Below the pieces are notes generated by a model. The model did no database searches, was not told the DNA's origin, and saw only the letters and a program-made list of their open reading frames with translations. From Desulfurococcales archaeon (GTDB lineage Archaea > Thermoproteota > Thermoprotei_A > Sulfolobales > NBVN01): a stretch of 64,000 nucleotides of DNA. Each line of letters opens with the position of its first letter. Position 1 is the stretch's first letter. A program made the position numbers and the translations under genes. Below are positions 18,294 through 27,130 of the stretch, piece by piece. The stretch covers positions 21-64,020 of the forward strand of contig JAGDWD010000009.1 of NCBI GenBank assembly GCA_023255955.1. The letters run 5' to 3'.

Positions 18294-20596
18294 TTGTGAG
18301 GGGATTGAAGCTCGTAAACATATTGTCACATGAAAACACCGAGGTTAGGTTCCCGGACGGTGTGCTATCTATAGTTGGACCGAACGGTGCGGGTAAGTCA
18401 TCACTGATCGACTCGATATACCTAGCACTCTTCTCTGAGGCCGTACCCAACATTAGAGGTGGGAAGAAGGAGTTCATAGTTATGCGCGGGAAGGAGAGGG
18501 GCGAGATCTCTGTTGAGTTCGAGGTGGGAGGTAGGAGCTACCTAGTAGTGAGGAAAATAAACCTGTCCGGACCGAGTGAAGCCTTCCTCTACGAGCTGGA
18601 GCGAGGCTCGAGGAGGTTGGTAGCTGAGGGAGCGTCTAACGTAGTTAGGGAAGTTGGGAGGGTTCTAGGGCTCTCAACCTACTCTACCGGTGAGGAGATT
18701 AGGAAGCTTGTGAAAGCGACTATACTGGCTCTTCAGGACGAGTTAACTGAGATAATAGATGTTAGAGACTCTGAGAGAAAGGAATGGATACTGTCTCTTC
18801 TAGGGCTTAGCTACCTGGAGAAGGCTTTGGAGGAGTTGAGGAACTACACGAGGGAGCTGAGGAAGGAGCTGGAGAAGGAGAGGAGTGAGAAGCTTGGGAA
18901 GTTGAACGTGTTGAGGAGGAGGGTTGACGAGAGTAGAGCTAGGATTAGAGAGCTTGAGGAGGAGTTGAGGGTGTACGAGGGGAGGTTGGCTGAGGCTGAG
19001 AGGAGGGTGAGGGAGTATGAGGGTAAGTTAAGCACTCTAAACTCCGCGATAGATCTCTGCTACCAGCTGAGGAGCGGGCTAGCCCTGAGGAGGATCTCGG
19101 AGCTGGAGGAGAGGGTTAGGTCCCTTGCCCCTCTCGAGAGCTGGGATCCTGAGGTCTACGCTCACCGTGAGAGGAGTCTCAGGGATAGGAGTAGGGAGCT
19201 GGAGAGAGTGGAGAGGGAGTTGGGGAAGGTCTTGGAGGAGCTGTCCAGGAAGTTGGGGACTCAGTTGAGGGGTTCTGAGGACGTCGATAGGTTTTACGGG
19301 GAGTTAGGTGAGCGTGTTCGGGAGCTTAGAGAAAGGGTGGGTAGATATAGAGGTCTGGCAGACCTCTACAAGCAGATGCTGTCCAAGCTTGAGTTAGGTG
19401 AGTCATGCCCAGTTTGTGGCTCTAGGATCGGTAATCCAGAGGAGGTTAGGAAGAGGCTTAACAACACTCTCAGTGAGATTGAGAAGGCTCTCTTCCTGTA
19501 TGATAGTGAGCGTAGGGAGCTTGAGGAGAGGTATCACTTGCTTGAGAGAATGTATCAGAGGTTGTCCGGGCTTGTTGCTAGTAGGGATAGCTTGATGAGG
19601 GATGTCCAGACGGGTAGGGAGGAGTTGGAGCAGTTGGTTAGTAAGGCTAGAGAGCTCTGCGACCAGATGAGGGTAGGGTTCTCAGTTATTGATGAGTGTC
19701 TCAGAGCTCTCAAATCTATGAGGGATGAGTTAAGGAACATTAAGGCGGAGTTAGAGGTTTATAGAAGGATGTTCACAGGTAGCGTTTCACAGCCTTCAGA
19801 ACCTGTCGAGGTCTTGGGGGACAGGTTGGTTAAGACGCTATCACAGTTGGGGATCTCACCACCAGCTGAGCTCACACTGGAGTCTCTAGATAGGTTAATT
19901 AACGAGGAGCTGAACCCTGCGAGGAGGAGGTTAGAGCAGGAGCTGAGAGCTGCTAGAGACGAGTTTAGTAGGTTGAGTGTTGAGCGTGCTAAGAAGTGGG
20001 AGTTGCTGGATGATAGGAGGAGGGAGGTTGAGGAGTTGGGTAGGGAGATTTCGTCTCTGGAGAGTGAGGTGAGGAACCTGGAGAGGAAGTTAGTAGCTGT
20101 AGACATTATCGAGAGCTTCGGTGAGAAGTATCTGGGTAAGGACGGGCAGGTAGCTAAGGGCTTAACAAGGGTTGTGAGGTCCGAGCTTGAGAGGAGGGCT
20201 AACAACATACTGAGCAGGCTCGGGCTACCCCGAATTAGGGTAGGGGAGGGCTTCGAGATAAGTGTAGTGCTACCCACAGGAGAGCTACCAGTGAGAAATG
20301 CTAGTGGGGGTGAGAGGGTCGGGATATCGATAGCACTCCGACTAGCTTTAGCAGAGATAGTTATGGGTAGGACCCCCACAACACTCATACTAGACGAACC
20401 GACAGTATACCTAGACGAGAACAGGAGGTCGCAGGTATTCGACATAATCAGAGAACTAGGAAGATCCCTCAAGCAGGTAATAGTAGTCACACACGACGAG
20501 ACCGTGATGAACATATCGGAGAAGGTAATCACAGTAGAGAACATAGGTGGAGTAAGCAGAGTAACAGAAAGCAGTGGACTCCCAGCACAGTTCTGA
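18290..20596 (+). CDS. rad50: Rad50 ATPase
   Basis: Walker A GPNGAGKSS, long E/R/L-rich coiled coil, CPVCG zinc hook, SGGE signature and LILDEP Walker B. ATGA overlap with mre11. Confidence 0.9.
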   Translation: MIVRGLKLVNILSHENTEVRFPDGVLSIVGPNGAGKSSLIDSIYLALFSEAVPNIRGGKKEFIVMRGKERGEISVEFEVGGRSYLVVRKINLSGPSEAFLYELERGSRRLVAEGASNVVREVGRVLGLSTYSTGEEIRKLVKATILALQDELTEIIDVRDSERKEWILSLLGLSYLEKALEELRNYTRELRKELEKERSEKLGKLNVLRRRVDESRARIRELEEELRVYEGRLAEAERRVREYEGKLSTLNSAIDLCYQLRSGLALRRISELEERVRSLAPLESWDPEVYAHRERSLRDRSRELERVERELGKVLEELSRKLGTQLRGSEDVDRFYGELGERVRELRERVGRYRGLADLYKQMLSKLELGESCPVCGSRIGNPEEVRKRLNNTLSEIEKALFLYDSERRELEERYHLLERMYQRLSGLVASRDSLMRDVQTGREELEQLVSKARELCDQMRVGFSVIDECLRALKSMRDELRNIKAELEVYRRMFTGSVSQPSEPVEVLGDRLVKTLSQLGISPPAELTLESLDRLINEELNPARRRLEQELRAARDEFSRLSVERAKKWELLDDRRREVEELGREISSLESEVRNLERKLVAVDIIESFGEKYLGKDGQVAKGLTRVVRSELERRANNILSRLGLPRIRVGEGFEISVVLPTGELPVRNASGGERVGISIALRLALAEIVMGRTPTTLILDEPTVYLDENRRSQVFDIIRELGRSLKQVIVVTHDETVMNISEKVITVENIGGVSRVTESSGLPAQF

Positions 20597-20638
20597 AAGA
20601 GAGCGAATACTAATAAGTAAAAAGGCATAACTATCGTA

Positions 20639-20716
20639 GGGCCCGTGGCCCAGCCAGGACAGGGCGCCGGCCTCCGGAGCCGGAGGTCCCGGGTTCAAAT
20701 CCCGGCGGGCCCGCCA
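20639..20716 (+). tRNA. tRNA-Arg (anticodon CCG), CCA encoded, no intron
   Basis: Cloverleaf folded by hand: acceptor GGGCCCG/CGGGCCC, D stem GCCC/GGGC, anticodon stem CCGGC/GCCGG with loop CTCCGGA, T arm CCGGG-TTCAAAT-CCCGG. Confidence 0.9.
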
Positions 20717-20978
20717 CCCCCTAAATACTTGTTTAAGGGATTCGAGAGCCTCCCTGATGATCCATAATTAAACTAGTTGACCATGAACTACTGTGCGGAC
20801 TCCTTGGTGATAACATGGGGTGGAGTCTGGTTTTCCGGGATCGATGTTAGTGTCCCGAGTATTGATGTAGGGAGACTCATGTTTTGGGTCTAGGAGCATT
20901 TGGAGGTGCCAGAGAAAATATTCGGGTGTGAACCCTGTAGCAGAGTAGCTCTCGCAGTATACACGCTTCTTTCTCTAT

Positions 20979-21665
20979 CTATAGCTCAACGACCTTGAAT
21001 GGTATGCGGAATGCTGTTTTGATACCTCTACCGATAACTGCCGGTACTTCCCTTCCTGCGCATGTGGGGCAGTAGGGCTTGCCCTCTATGTACACTGCTT
21101 TCGGGGCCATTACCAGCTCGTTACATTTGGAGCAGCGGACGCTTTCAAAGATTGGTGCTCTCTCAGGTTCCTCAACTATCTCGACTTCCTGGATAGTGAA
21201 GTCCTCCTCGGGAAGCTCAGCCATCCTCAGACCTATCTCCTCCCACATTTTGTGGAGCTTCTCTATCTCTTCTTCAGTACCCCTTCTCTCGGCTACGACC
21301 TTCCTGAATAGTTCTAGAGCTTCCTTTGGGAAGTACTTAGCCCTAAGCTTCTCGGAGTCTACGTATATCCTGACACCTCTCTTACTGCCCCTCCTAAACA
21401 GCGTCACAGCGTTCTTTCCTGTATCTACGTAGAGTAGGGAGTTGTTCCCGAGGGTGCAGCCAGTAGCTACTTGGATACCGTCAGCGAAGCAGTTATTTAC
21501 CTCGATAATAGCTACTATATCCTCCCGCACGGTCTCAACTACCCCAGCTCTCTTAACACCTAACCTACTTAGAGCTATCTCAGCAGCTCTCAAGCCCAGT
21601 ACTAGGAATGGGCATACGTGGCCGTGGAAACTTCTAGCTACCTCTATCAGCTCTCTACTTACCAT
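20979..21665 (-). CDS. FmdE/FwdE-family protein with a C-terminal zinc ribbon
   Basis: FHGHVCPFLVLGLRA motif and C-terminal CSKC...CPTC. Confidence 0.7.
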   Translation of the reverse strand: MVSRELIEVARSFHGHVCPFLVLGLRAAEIALSRLGVKRAGVVETVREDIVAIIEVNNCFADGIQVATGCTLGNNSLLYVDTGKNAVTLFRRGSKRGVRIYVDSEKLRAKYFPKEALELFRKVVAERRGTEEEIEKLHKMWEEIGLRMAELPEEDFTIQEVEIVEEPERAPIFESVRCSKCNELVMAPKAVYIEGKPYCPTCAGREVPAVIGRGIKTAFRIPFKVVEL

Positions 21666-21739
21666 AGTAGCACCTATATTACCTTATAGGTGCACATATA
21701 AACATGAAATGCTAGTTTCTAACTACTTGTATGACCTCA

Positions 21740-22381
21740 CTAATTAAGCTGTCCTCGACCTCCAAGGGTGGAGGTAACTACACCTTCTTCTTCCAAACTC
21801 TCAAGGAACTTAACTACTAGTCTAACCCTCTTCTCAGCTTCTCTCCTAGCTTCTTCAGTGTAGAGTAGTTGCGGTAGCTTCAGTATCTTACTCTTGACAT
21901 GGTCTAGAGAGCTCTCGAATTCCCTACCTAGGGTACCGGAATACATGAAAACCCTGACAAGCCCTATAGCTCCTAATGCGTCGACCTTATCCGCATCGCT
22001 CAGGATCTTAGCTTCGAGACTTTCAGCTCTCTGTCCGTGGGAGTAGGAGTGTGAGAGTATTACCTCAACCACCTTCTCAATCCTATCTTTCGGGTAGCCA
22101 GCAAGCTCTAGTAAAGCCCTAGCAATCTGTGCTGACCTAGCCGCATGGTTCTCAGCCCCGGATACTCTACCCACATCGTGTAATAGTGTAGCTAGTTGAA
22201 GTACCTCGTAGTCAACCCCGCTAAATCCCTCAGCAAACCTGCAGGCCAGCTCCAGGACCCTAGCTACATGCCCGAAGCCGTGTACCGGGTCCTCAGGCAT
22301 TATGAGCCTAACAAGCTCCTCTACAGCTGAGACCAGCCCCGACCTACTAGGACACGGCATCAAACCTCCAAACTCCTGCAT
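21740..22381 (-). CDS. HD-domain phosphohydrolase
   Basis: GFGH...LLHDVGR...DADKVDALG, the pattern of the HD superfamily. Confidence 0.7.
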   Translation of the reverse strand: MQEFGGLMPCPSRSGLVSAVEELVRLIMPEDPVHGFGHVARVLELACRFAEGFSGVDYEVLQLATLLHDVGRVSGAENHAARSAQIARALLELAGYPKDRIEKVVEVILSHSYSHGQRAESLEAKILSDADKVDALGAIGLVRVFMYSGTLGREFESSLDHVKSKILKLPQLLYTEEARREAEKRVRLVVKFLESLEEEGVVTSTLGGRGQLN

Positions 22382-22445
22382 CAGTCAAAAATACTTTAAG
22401 GGGTTAGGGTCTATCAACTGATTACCCTGCAGTCTGTAGGACTAA

Positions 22446-23950
22446 CTACCTGATCTGTACCTGACCTACCTTCGTATTGCGTAGCATGATAAGTAGAGGA
22501 ATCAGTAGGGCAGCCCCCACTGAGCAACCTAGGAAAGCTGCGTTAAAGCCGTAGCGGTCCACTAAGTACCCTCCTAACACACCGAACGTGAAGGAGCCGA
22601 GATACCCTACCGCGTTTATTATGCCTACCGAGATGGGGAGGAAGTCCCTGCTTACTGCTATTGATGGTATTGTCGTCGCCAGGTGCGCGTTAATACCGTA
22701 CGATACTGCACCTACAGCAAGTAGCTCCACTACTATCTGGATATGCCCGTAGGTAGCTGGGGTAGTTAGGGAGTATGTTAGGAGGGCTGTAAGTAGGGTT
22801 GAGAGAAGTAGTGGCCTCACCTTCTCCATCCCGTGATAGCGGTCCAGGACATAGCCGTGAAGAACCATTCCAACCGCTCCTGCTATTAGTGTAGATGGTG
22901 TGGAAGGACTGATTACTGTAGAAAGGTAGGAAGGTACGTAGAGCTCAAAGACCCTCCTTATGCCGGTAGAGAGGAAGTAGGCAGTAGCTATAAGTACGAT
23001 TAGTACCGAATACCTACTTAAACCGTTTGTCCCTAGATGCTCGTTGACGTGGGTTTATGTTTGTTCATCGCATCTAGGGACTTCCACCTCGCCCGTAGGG
23101 ATCTACTTATCCCTGCTGGTCGTGGGTGGCTGTCGAGCCCAACGGCACGGGGCTCCCATCTACGTCTAACCCCGCAGAGCTCGGAGCACTGCTCCCATCA
23201 CTCAGCAGGGTATCAAAGCTACCTACAGAAATGAAGTTAGTAAGCTTAACGCATAACCCCAGAGCACAGCAACCCTAAAAACCATAAACACAACGACCAC
23301 TAATCAAAAACAGAACAGCCCCTCCAGGCTCCCCGATTCTGAGCTCCCCTACTAGGATAACCCCCCACACGCAGCCCAACTAACCTCCTTAACGTAGCTA
23401 CAGATAGACAACATAGAGTAGCTGTCATCACTCCGTTCAAGACGAAACCAAACCTCCAGCCTAGTGCGGAAACTACGAACCCTGTAACAATCCATGTAAT
23501 AGATATGCCGAGTGCCCAGCTAGTGTTAAATAAACCCATATACCTCCCAAGTCCCTCCCCCTCGAGAGCTGTCGCCAAGATCTCAACTAGTGAGACCCAG
23601 GCAACTGACTGAAAGAGCCTGTTCAAACCCCACATAACAGCGAACCACTCTACACTACCTAAACACCCAAATACGACATTCGATAAACCAGACAGTACCG
23701 CCCCAACAAGTAGGAGGGTCCAGGGACCTCCCACTACAACGAAGTAACCACTAACTATCTGACCTAGGGAGTAGGACAGAGAGAAGAGGCCGGATATGAT
23801 GCCCATAGCTGTGTAGCTTAGGGACAGCTCCTCTATAGCGTAGGGGAATGCTACCGAGAAGTTGAGTCTGCTTAGGTAGAATAGTACGTAGATAGTCCAC
23901 GAAGTAAGCACAAAACCGATGTTTTTCAGTGTAGTGCGCACTATCAGCAT
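22446..23950 (-). pseudogene. MFS transporter interrupted by a repeat-element insertion in the central loop
   Basis: The N-terminal six-TM half (23323-23950) ends 20 nt into the element. The C-terminal half continues in another frame from about 23022 (GLSRYSVLIVLIATAYF...) down to 22446. Confidence 0.7.
23023..23322 (+). mobile_element. Interspersed structured repeat, copy A. It is antisense to the MFS gene it interrupts.
   Basis: It aligns by eye over its full length to 34236-34535 and to the reverse complement of 40608-40908. It has a perfect hairpin GTCCCTAGATGC (23029-23040) / GCATCTAGGGAC (23070-23081). Confidence 0.7.
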
Positions 23951-24434
23951 CTACCTAGTATGACTATTCAAACCCTTTAAGAAATGTGGGGGCTTACGGG
24001 AGGTACCAGCTTATCGAGTAGCTGGGGGGTTCATATTGTATTAATAGGTGATTATGTTAGGAAGTTCAGACACCTATTCGAACCGAATAAACTAAAGATC
24101 CTACTAACTCTACAGAAACAGCCCATTACCGGTATGTGTAATCTCACACACATTAAAACTAGACCAGATCCTCATCTCACACCACCTGAGGAGTCTCAGA
24201 GAGGATGACTTAGTAGACTATGAGCAGGTCGGAAAGTTCGAGCTCTACAAACTAACAAGCATTTACAAGAGCTTCTAAGCACAGTACTTAACGAGCTGTG
24301 CGAGAGCTGTAAACAGTCCTGGAACCCAGATCTCCATTTTGGATCTACGTGTTGATGAAGTATTAACAGCAGAAAACGTTGTAGTGGGGGTTAGGGAAAC
24401 TTATGATGGGTGGGTAGTAAACTATTTTTATCTC

Positions 24435-26984
24435 TTAGTAGTACCTGTATAACGCGTTGAAGAAGGTCTTATACGTTCCGTGGGTCTGTGCTCTGAATAC
24501 CGGCCTAATTGCGTACGCTATAGCCTTACCCTTCCCGACCTCAGCCTCCAGTATAGCAGGCTTCCTACTGAGCATTTCCTCTCCTATGAGCCAGCCACTC
24601 TGCAGTATTTCTCTCTCAGGGAACCTAGCTACGACCCTGAACTTCTCGTTTGTGTGGGACGGTACTACCTCAAGTACTGGTTTGTTTAGGAATAGTGCCA
24701 GAGCTTTCCTGGGCATCCCGAAGCCCAGTGGGTGCTCTATGTCCACCATGATCTTCAGTGTGGAACCTGGGCAGAAGAACTGCCTCGGGTCCTTAATGTC
24801 CTCGCTGATGTCCTTCAACGGCAGTGCAAACCCCTTCGTCAGAAGTTCAACGGAGTCTCCCATAGTTATGACAGTACCTCCGCTCTCTACGAACGCCTTC
24901 AGCTTCTCAATACCTTCCTTACCGAACCCGCTCTTATATTCAGGTGGGTATGGAGGTAGCTTGACAGGCCTCCCAAATCTCTTACTTAGCTCATCCTCTA
25001 TGTTCTCACCGGTTAAGAATGGGAGTGGGTCAGAGGGGAACACCACAACATCCACTACCTCCGAGATCCTACCTGCCTTTATCGGCTCGTCCCTGAGCTC
25101 TACATACGGGAACGCGAACGTGTCGAGGACGTACTTAACCCACCCTCCTTCCATGTTTCCTCCATAGTACCTCTCGTAGATACCTACCCTAGCTATCCCA
25201 GTACGGAACATCTTAACTGAGGGAAGCTCCTTCACTCCATACACAGGAACACCCCTCTCCCCAGCAGCCTCAGCTAAGGTCTTAACCACCTCAAGATCCC
25301 TACGTACTAGGAACGCACCTGGAGGTAGTGTCGTGCTGTCCAGTGTTAGGGGCTCGAAAGCCCTGTAAACCTCACCTCCCCTCGCTAACACCTTATTGAC
25401 TACGTAGTACGTATCGTTAAGCCTGGGATCTAGAACATAGTATTCACCCTCACCGATAACGGGCTTCGGCTTGGGAACCTCCCTAACGAACCTCAAGCTT
25501 GCTGAGACCGGTTCATCAGCTCCGACAACTGTGACACCCATAAACTCTGCTAGGGTGTCTGTAGCTATGTCGTAAGGTCTCAAAGGCTTCCCTTCCCTGT
25601 CCCTAGTAGTCTCATCGTCTGGGTATAGGTATCTATCGAGAAGCTTCTTAACTAGGGCCCTCCTCGGCTGTGAAGAAGGTATTACGAAGGTACCAGCTGG
25701 GTAGGTAGCTATACCGACCTTTACAGACTCCACTGACTCATATACCTTAACACCTAGCTTGAGTAGGATGTCAATAAGTTTGAGTGCTGTTAGATAGTCG
25801 TGCTGCTCTCGAGGTATTAGGAAGGCGTAGGGAGGCTCAGACCTACCTCTCTCAACGTTTCTAAGGGCCTTGATATACATGTTCCTCAGGAAGTCCCTCC
25901 TGTATTTAGCTACAGTGGAGAGCACAGCCATAGTAGCTATTAGTTGCTGCCTAACTATGTCTGAAAGCCTCCACCAGCCTCCCCTCCAGGGGTTCGGATA
26001 GTTCATGTACGGTCTATCGGCAAGCCTGCCCCTACCATACCCCCTAAGCTGGTGGGGGTCAACAAAGATGGGTGTCGCAATCTTCACGGAAGCTGACTCA
26101 GTCAGTATCCCGACTATGTTCATAGTGTAGGCAATTGTCTGGAAAGCTGAGATAAAGTCCGGTGTGAACGGGGCCCCGGTCTCCACACCCTTAATACCCT
26201 CCTTCTCAAGCCTCATAGCAGCTGAGTACCCGAGTAACTGGGTCTCCCTCCAAACTAGCGGATCTACCTCAGGGTATATCGGGTCCATCTCCGGGGACAC
26301 GAATATCCTAGCCCCGTACGAGCCCATCTGATGATTATCTACGTAGACCTGTGGACACCACTCTTTGTACGCTATCTTAGCCATGTACTGGCTCTCAACG
26401 AGGTTGAGAGCGTAAGCATCTCTGTTGTTGTCGTGGCCGCAGTACTTGTGGTAGAGCCACGGTAGGGAGGTTCCCTCATACTCTGTGCCGAGAGTCTTGT
26501 AGTACCAGTCCACGACAGCTATCTGACCGTCCGGGTTCTGAGAAGGTATTAGAATCACGACAACCTCCTTAAGTATCTCAGTAACCTCAGGGTCGTCTGA
26601 TGATGCTAGCTTGTATAGAAGCTCTATAGACATCTGAGTACCTCCGACCTCAGTGGAGTGCATGCTGTTCGTAACGATTACTACGGCCCTACCCTCCTCA
26701 ACCAGCCTCTCAACTTCTTTCGGGTTGGGGAGGCTGTCCGGGTTAGCTAAGGTACATGAAATCCTCCTAATCTCATCGAGTCTAGCAAGGTTCTCAGGGG
26801 ACGATATGTAGGCCACTATAAACGGGTTACCCTCAGTAGTCTTACCTAACTCCTCAACGATAACCCTATTTGACTCTGATGCTACGAGCTTGAAGTACTC
26901 GACGATCTTATCCCAACGTGCGAGCTTCCTATCCTCTCCTATCTTAAAGCCGAAGAACTTCTCGGGCGGGGTGACGGTACTCAA
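24435..26984 (-). CDS. M14-family zinc carboxypeptidase-like protein (large)
   Basis: NSMHSTEVGG (HxxE zinc site) and SQNPDG motifs. 849 aa. Confidence 0.7.
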   Translation of the reverse strand: MSTVTPPEKFFGFKIGEDRKLARWDKIVEYFKLVASESNRVIVEELGKTTEGNPFIVAYISSPENLARLDEIRRISCTLANPDSLPNPKEVERLVEEGRAVVIVTNSMHSTEVGGTQMSIELLYKLASSDDPEVTEILKEVVVILIPSQNPDGQIAVVDWYYKTLGTEYEGTSLPWLYHKYCGHDNNRDAYALNLVESQYMAKIAYKEWCPQVYVDNHQMGSYGARIFVSPEMDPIYPEVDPLVWRETQLLGYSAAMRLEKEGIKGVETGAPFTPDFISAFQTIAYTMNIVGILTESASVKIATPIFVDPHQLRGYGRGRLADRPYMNYPNPWRGGWWRLSDIVRQQLIATMAVLSTVAKYRRDFLRNMYIKALRNVERGRSEPPYAFLIPREQHDYLTALKLIDILLKLGVKVYESVESVKVGIATYPAGTFVIPSSQPRRALVKKLLDRYLYPDDETTRDREGKPLRPYDIATDTLAEFMGVTVVGADEPVSASLRFVREVPKPKPVIGEGEYYVLDPRLNDTYYVVNKVLARGGEVYRAFEPLTLDSTTLPPGAFLVRRDLEVVKTLAEAAGERGVPVYGVKELPSVKMFRTGIARVGIYERYYGGNMEGGWVKYVLDTFAFPYVELRDEPIKAGRISEVVDVVVFPSDPLPFLTGENIEDELSKRFGRPVKLPPYPPEYKSGFGKEGIEKLKAFVESGGTVITMGDSVELLTKGFALPLKDISEDIKDPRQFFCPGSTLKIMVDIEHPLGFGMPRKALALFLNKPVLEVVPSHTNEKFRVVARFPEREILQSGWLIGEEMLSRKPAILEAEVGKGKAIAYAIRPVFRAQTHGTYKTFFNALYRYY

Positions 26985-27130
26985 CTAAGACCACCGCCAA
27001 ATAGTGTTAGGGCATGGCAATAAATAGTTGAGGCTACATAAAGAATTGCTAAGATGTTAGGGCTTCACGCACAGTATGAGGTGTAGGATAGGGTTAGTTA
27101 TTCGAAGCCATCCCGGGACCTCAGCCTGAC

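Noticed and set aside
19759-20628. A 289-aa ORF antisense to rad50, and other antisense ORFs: 1901-2302, 10014-10406, 24457-25167, 21079-21432, 48701-49135, 62946-63296 and others.
   Set aside because: They are Ser/Leu/Thr-rich, low-complexity shadows of strongly supported genes on the opposite strand, with no motifs.
20750-20840. A possible C/D-box sRNA downstream of tRNA-Arg (CTGATGA ... GTGATA ... TCTG).
   Set aside because: The box spacing is far from the archaeal 12-nt guide architecture, and there is no CTGA D or D' box.
23037-23234. 63-65 codon ORFs inside the repeat copies (23037-23234 +, 40703-40894 -, 42648-42839 +, and read-through ORF 34224-34679 +), all starting MLVDVGLC...
   Set aside because: The reading frame is not maintained between copies: indels in hairpin loops shift B and D relative to A and C. 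The substitutions follow base-pairing rather than codon logic. These are treated as non-coding.
23262-23280. AACCCTAAAAACC in the repeat tail, which resembles a telomere-type CCCTAA unit.
   Set aside because: It is a single unit in a generally C/A-rich tract and is not tandemly reiterated. I consider it coincidental.
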